DNA of 64,000 nt, taken from positions 30,581 through 94,580 of the forward strand of contig JAQTRS010000001.1 of NCBI GenBank assembly GCA_028711705.1, given 5' to 3'. A program made the position numbers and the translations under genes. The notes under the pieces were generated by a model. It saw only the letters and a program-made list of their open reading frames with translations. It searched no databases and was not told the origin of the DNA. Below are positions 60,493 to 64,000 of this stretch, one piece after another. Origin of the DNA: Candidatus Moraniibacteriota bacterium. Its GTDB lineage: Bacteria > Patescibacteriota > Minisyncoccia > Moranbacterales > UBA1568. Numbering within the stretch: position 1 is the stretch's first letter; every line of letters begins with the position of its first letter.

Positions 60493-60992
60493 TTAATATA
60501 CTTTTGCGGAATTAAAGAGCACTCCGAATGCCTTACACCAGATGAGCACATACGGGTACTCGCGAGGATTGATATTCTCTGGGATTTCATAGTTGATATT
60601 CCCCTCCGTTGCGCGGACACGACCGATTTCGACATATTCTTTCGCATCAAAATCTTTCGAAAGATAGACATAAATATCCGGGCCGTTGATAGTTTGCAAC
60701 TCCTCGTAACGTACGAACGATTTGCCACCCGACCGGATAATGCGTACAAAGCCGCTTCCAGGATGAGCCGGGGTCGCGATTATCGCTACCCGATTACTGA
60801 TCGTTTCTTCTGCTACGTCCTGCGGAAGCGTATCCGTAACAGACCGGTCTAATGATGCCGGTGCGCCTTTGGAAGAAGGCATCGGTAGGGCTCATCGACA
60901 CGCACATTGCGAAACAAAGGCGAGATGGCATAGTAAGCAAAACCCGCCGCCGCTACACCAACACAGATGATAATGATTCGTTGCGTATTCAT
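60493..60992 (-). pseudogene. DM13-domain protein interrupted by a 1-nt frameshift (or sequence error)
   Basis: ATG 60992 reads MNTQRIIIICVGVAAAGFAYYAISPLFRNVRVDEP, then shifts frame; other frame has NGPDIYVYLS, GNINY.IP, VLIWCKAFGVLF. Confidence 0.7.
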
Positions 60993-61071
60993 AGTAGTAG
61001 TATATACCACTTTAGGATTAAAACCAGCTCCGAAATCATACCCTTTCAGTCCTACTACGAAAAGAGCGCCG

Positions 61072-61527
61072 TTATTTTTCCAAAGCGGATGATGCCTGTC
61101 CTATCATGCGGCTGAGTGTTTGTAAAAAACTTGCTGCCCCGGCCACGGAAAGGAGGATGAGGAGTATGAAATACTCGGGCAGTGTCGTATAAAAAACCAT
61201 AACTCCGAAACCGAACCATATCCCCGCACACCACGGACAGCTTGTGATGTGACCCAAAGAACGCATGAGGGCATTCCCGCGCGTCAGCCATTCACGGATA
61301 AACTGCGTGATGGAATCATACACGAAAAGACGGATAATCCGATACGTCGCCAAAATCAATATCGACATATCCAGCATGGGAATCCTCGTCGGCAGAGCCC
61401 CGATGAAATGCTGAAAATAATATGCCATCCCAAAAGAAAGGACTGGAAAAAAGAAGAAAAGGAAGACGCTCCATCTTTCTGCGCCTGTATCCCCTTTGTG
61501 TATGTGGCACCCAAGGTGTTGGTTCAT
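61072..61527 (-). CDS. DUF1360-like membrane protein
   Basis: LATYRIIRLFVYDSIT, SCPWCAGIW. Confidence 0.75.
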   Translation of the reverse strand: MNQHLGCHIHKGDTGAERWSVFLFFFFPVLSFGMAYYFQHFIGALPTRIPMLDMSILILATYRIIRLFVYDSITQFIREWLTRGNALMRSLGHITSCPWCAGIWFGFGVMVFYTTLPEYFILLILLSVAGAASFLQTLSRMIGQASSALEK

Positions 61528-61570
61528 AAACGTTAACGCTTATCGCCATCGAGTATGCGGAATATATTCT

Positions 61571-63028
61571 CTACAGACTTCCCAAATCCAAGACCTCGTC
61601 GATACGGATCTGCGACCAGAAGTCCGGGACGTGGCTCACGAGAATCATCGTGCCCTTGTACTGATCGAGCGCTTCGGCGATAACAGGAATGTGACGGAAG
61701 TTGATGTGATTGGTCGGCTCATCAAGAATCAGGAGGCCCGGTTTTTCCAAGACGAGCCTGGCGAATGCTAAAAGCCCCTTCTGTCCTTCGGAAAGGCTGC
61801 CGACCGTTTTGGCCAAAAGGTCACCGGTCAAAAGGAACTGCGCCGCGGTTTTGCGGATTTCTTCTTCCGCACCGAAATTGGATGCCTGTTTCAAAATATC
61901 ATAGGCCGTAGCATCGAAATCCAGGTTGGAAAAGTCCTGACGATAATAACCGACGATAACGCCTTCGGTGATGACGGTGCGTTCCGAGCTGCCGCCGGTC
62001 AGGGATTCCAAGAAGGTTGTTTTACCGATACCGTTGGGTCCGGAAATAAGGAGATGCTGATTTTTCTTAAGCGTCATATTGACCGGGCATATGGTCGGTT
62101 CATGGTCTTTCATGACGGAGACGGTCTTGATCTGCAGTACCGGCCCGATGATCTCTTGGGCCTGGATAGTGAAGGGGCGGATGGTTTTGTCTTCACGGCG
62201 CACATCGGCTTTGTTTTCTTCAAGGTCTTCAATCGTATCGCGCATTTTCTTGGCGACATTACGCAGCTTGCCTCCCTTTTGCGCGAAGAAGTTGGCCTGC
62301 TCCTTGCGATGCTTGATATCTTTTTCCAAACGGGCGTTCTTGCGCTCTTCTTGTTCGATGCGGCGAGCCACTTCTTCCATCACATCATAATAATTGCCGC
62401 TGTATTGATCTGTTTTATGCGTGAATACATCAAGGTAGACGACGCCATCGGTGAAGGCATTGAGGAAATCGGCATCGTGAGAAATAACGATACAGGTGTT
62501 CGGGTAATTGAGGATGAATTGCGTGAGGTGTTCGATACCGGCATGATCGAGGTTATTGGTCGGCTCATCGAGCAAAAGGATATCCGGATTCTGGATGAGG
62601 GCGTGGGCCAGCAAAAGACGTGCCTGTTGACCGCCTGAAAATGACGAAATCTTTTTCTCGATAGGGTCTTTGACGGTGAGGTGCACGATTTCGAGAGCCT
62701 CTTTGATTTTTCCAACGATATTTCCCGGGACTTCCCGGAATGCGGTTTCAAAGAATTCTTGCACGGTAAGCTCGAGCTGTTCGCGCGCGAATACCTGCTT
62801 GGCGATAGCGACGGTTTCATCCCGATCGATAGAAATCCGGCCGCCTTCCGGTTTGTTTTCTCCGGTAATCAGCTTGAAAAGGGAGCTCTTCCCTGCCCCG
62901 TTCTGACCCATGAGGGTGATTTTCGATCCGCGGCGTATCGAAAAGCTTGCCTCATCCAAGATGGGCTTTTTGTGGTCATACTCGAAGGAAACCTCATCGA
63001 ATCTCAGGATTACATCGTCTTTCGCCAT
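61571..63028 (-). CDS. ABC-F family ATPase
   Basis: Two ABC domains (GQNGAGKS, FSGGQ, LLDEPTN; GPNGIGKT, LSEGQ, ILDEPTN), no TM segments. Confidence 0.92.
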   Translation of the reverse strand: MAKDDVILRFDEVSFEYDHKKPILDEASFSIRRGSKITLMGQNGAGKSSLFKLITGENKPEGGRISIDRDETVAIAKQVFAREQLELTVQEFFETAFREVPGNIVGKIKEALEIVHLTVKDPIEKKISSFSGGQQARLLLAHALIQNPDILLLDEPTNNLDHAGIEHLTQFILNYPNTCIVISHDADFLNAFTDGVVYLDVFTHKTDQYSGNYYDVMEEVARRIEQEERKNARLEKDIKHRKEQANFFAQKGGKLRNVAKKMRDTIEDLEENKADVRREDKTIRPFTIQAQEIIGPVLQIKTVSVMKDHEPTICPVNMTLKKNQHLLISGPNGIGKTTFLESLTGGSSERTVITEGVIVGYYRQDFSNLDFDATAYDILKQASNFGAEEEIRKTAAQFLLTGDLLAKTVGSLSEGQKGLLAFARLVLEKPGLLILDEPTNHINFRHIPVIAEALDQYKGTMILVSHVPDFWSQIRIDEVLDLGSL

Positions 63029-63154
63029 AGCTTTTTCACATTTATCTAGTAGTATGCTTTATTGTTACATAAAAACCGGCCTTTTGCAACCGGATAAGTA
63101 TGCTTCAGATATTTTAAAGAGCCCTCTGGTTTTCAGTAGAGCTCTTTAGGATTG

Positions 63155-63694
63155 TTATTTTACCGCTGCTTCGATAGAAAGCTCTGACGGTAAGTTTTTG
63201 ACGATCTTAAACATCGGCTTGAGCGACCTGGCTTCATATGCCACAAAAAGGAATCGGGCATCATTTGCCAAAATAGCGAACAAATGAAGTTTTATTTCCT
63301 GAATCACCTGATTGCCTTCGGTACGCCTTAATCCTCGAGCGAAGCTGTCAAACGTGAGGTCGCTGGGGTTTGATGAGGTAGTGGTAGCTTTTCTAGAAAC
63401 CAGCTCCCGTGTGAGATGCATGTGACTCAGTACTCCACTATCAGACTCCTTCCACAGAGTAATCGGCAATTCCTTGACACTATCGGTCATTGAATCTGTA
63501 AAAGTAAGTCCTTCAAAAAGCAATAATGGCGGTATTTTTTTGAACTTATCGATATGCGGGTATTCGAATGTTAGGACACGACTACCTGGCAGCGCCGTTT
63601 GATAGCGGCATGATTCTTTATCGATAAGGATTGCTTCATATTTTTTCAAGGCGCTTTGACCGTGAAAATAAGTGCATAGAATGAGTTTATCCAC
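63155..63694 (-). CDS. Hypothetical orphan protein
   Basis: GTG start with SD GGAG; TTGACA-17-TTAAAT promoter; flanking hairpins. Confidence 0.65.
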   Translation of the reverse strand: MDKLILCTYFHGQSALKKYEAILIDKESCRYQTALPGSRVLTFEYPHIDKFKKIPPLLLFEGLTFTDSMTDSVKELPITLWKESDSGVLSHMHLTRELVSRKATTTSSNPSDLTFDSFARGLRRTEGNQVIQEIKLHLFAILANDARFLFVAYEARSLKPMFKIVKNLPSELSIEAAVK

Positions 63695-63843
63695 GAGAAA
63701 TTCTCCATTGTTATGAGAGGAACTGTTATGTCACAGGGTGACACCGTATTTAAGCATAAAGAACACATCCTGTCAATGACATCAAAAAGCCCCGACGAGA
63801 AACATCAGGGCTTTTGAAAATGGCGAGTGGTACTGGCGCACGG

Positions 63844-64000
63844 TTATTGCCCTGTCCAGCGGGTCAGAAGAATGATCTGCATGACCACCATAATCCAAAA
63901 GGATGCGAGAAAGAACGTGCGGCCTTTCGCGATAAGGTTCGGATCCGAAGCGATTTCCTTGCTTGAAAGACCGGGGTTCTTGAAAAGGAAAACGGATTCA
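63844..64000 (-). CDS. 3' end of a membrane protein (5' part outside window)
   Basis: Open minus-strand frame ...KGRTFFLASFWIMVVMQIILLTRWTGQ*, followed by hairpin 63784-63815. Confidence 0.55.
   Translation of the reverse strand, partial: ESVFLFKNPGLSSKEIASDPNLIAKGRTFFLASFWIMVVMQIILLTRWTGQ

Overview
Chromosomal window from a small-genome bacterium, most likely Patescibacteria/CPR (Parcubacteria-like). This is inferred from the alaS lacking a C-Ala domain, the sigma70-r4/HARE-HTH protein, the DUF87/VirD4-like ATPase pair, mostly SD-less core genes and TGA used as stop. It opens with the 3' end of alaS, then an intergenic array of five different 25-bp (9-7-9) inverted repeats. An AT-rich type I R-M island follows (hsdM/hsdS/hsdR) with seven embedded cargo genes, including an AAA ATPase, a Schlafen/AlbA_2 pair and a HEPN-motif protein. 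After a zeta-toxin pair and rplU come four tandem paralogous orphan genes, each with its own promoter, leader and terminator. The middle holds envelope glycosylation genes, chaperone/protease genes (ctpA, htrA, clpB, groES with CIRCE), priA-def-fmt, gltX with a small in-frame palindromic insertion, and assorted housekeeping and orphan genes. A perfectly symmetric dif-like site at 57409-57436 coincides with a switch of gene orientation, marking the probable replication terminus. No tRNA, rRNA, CRISPR array, integrase or transposase was recognised. Family assignments come from motif recognition by eye, not database searches.
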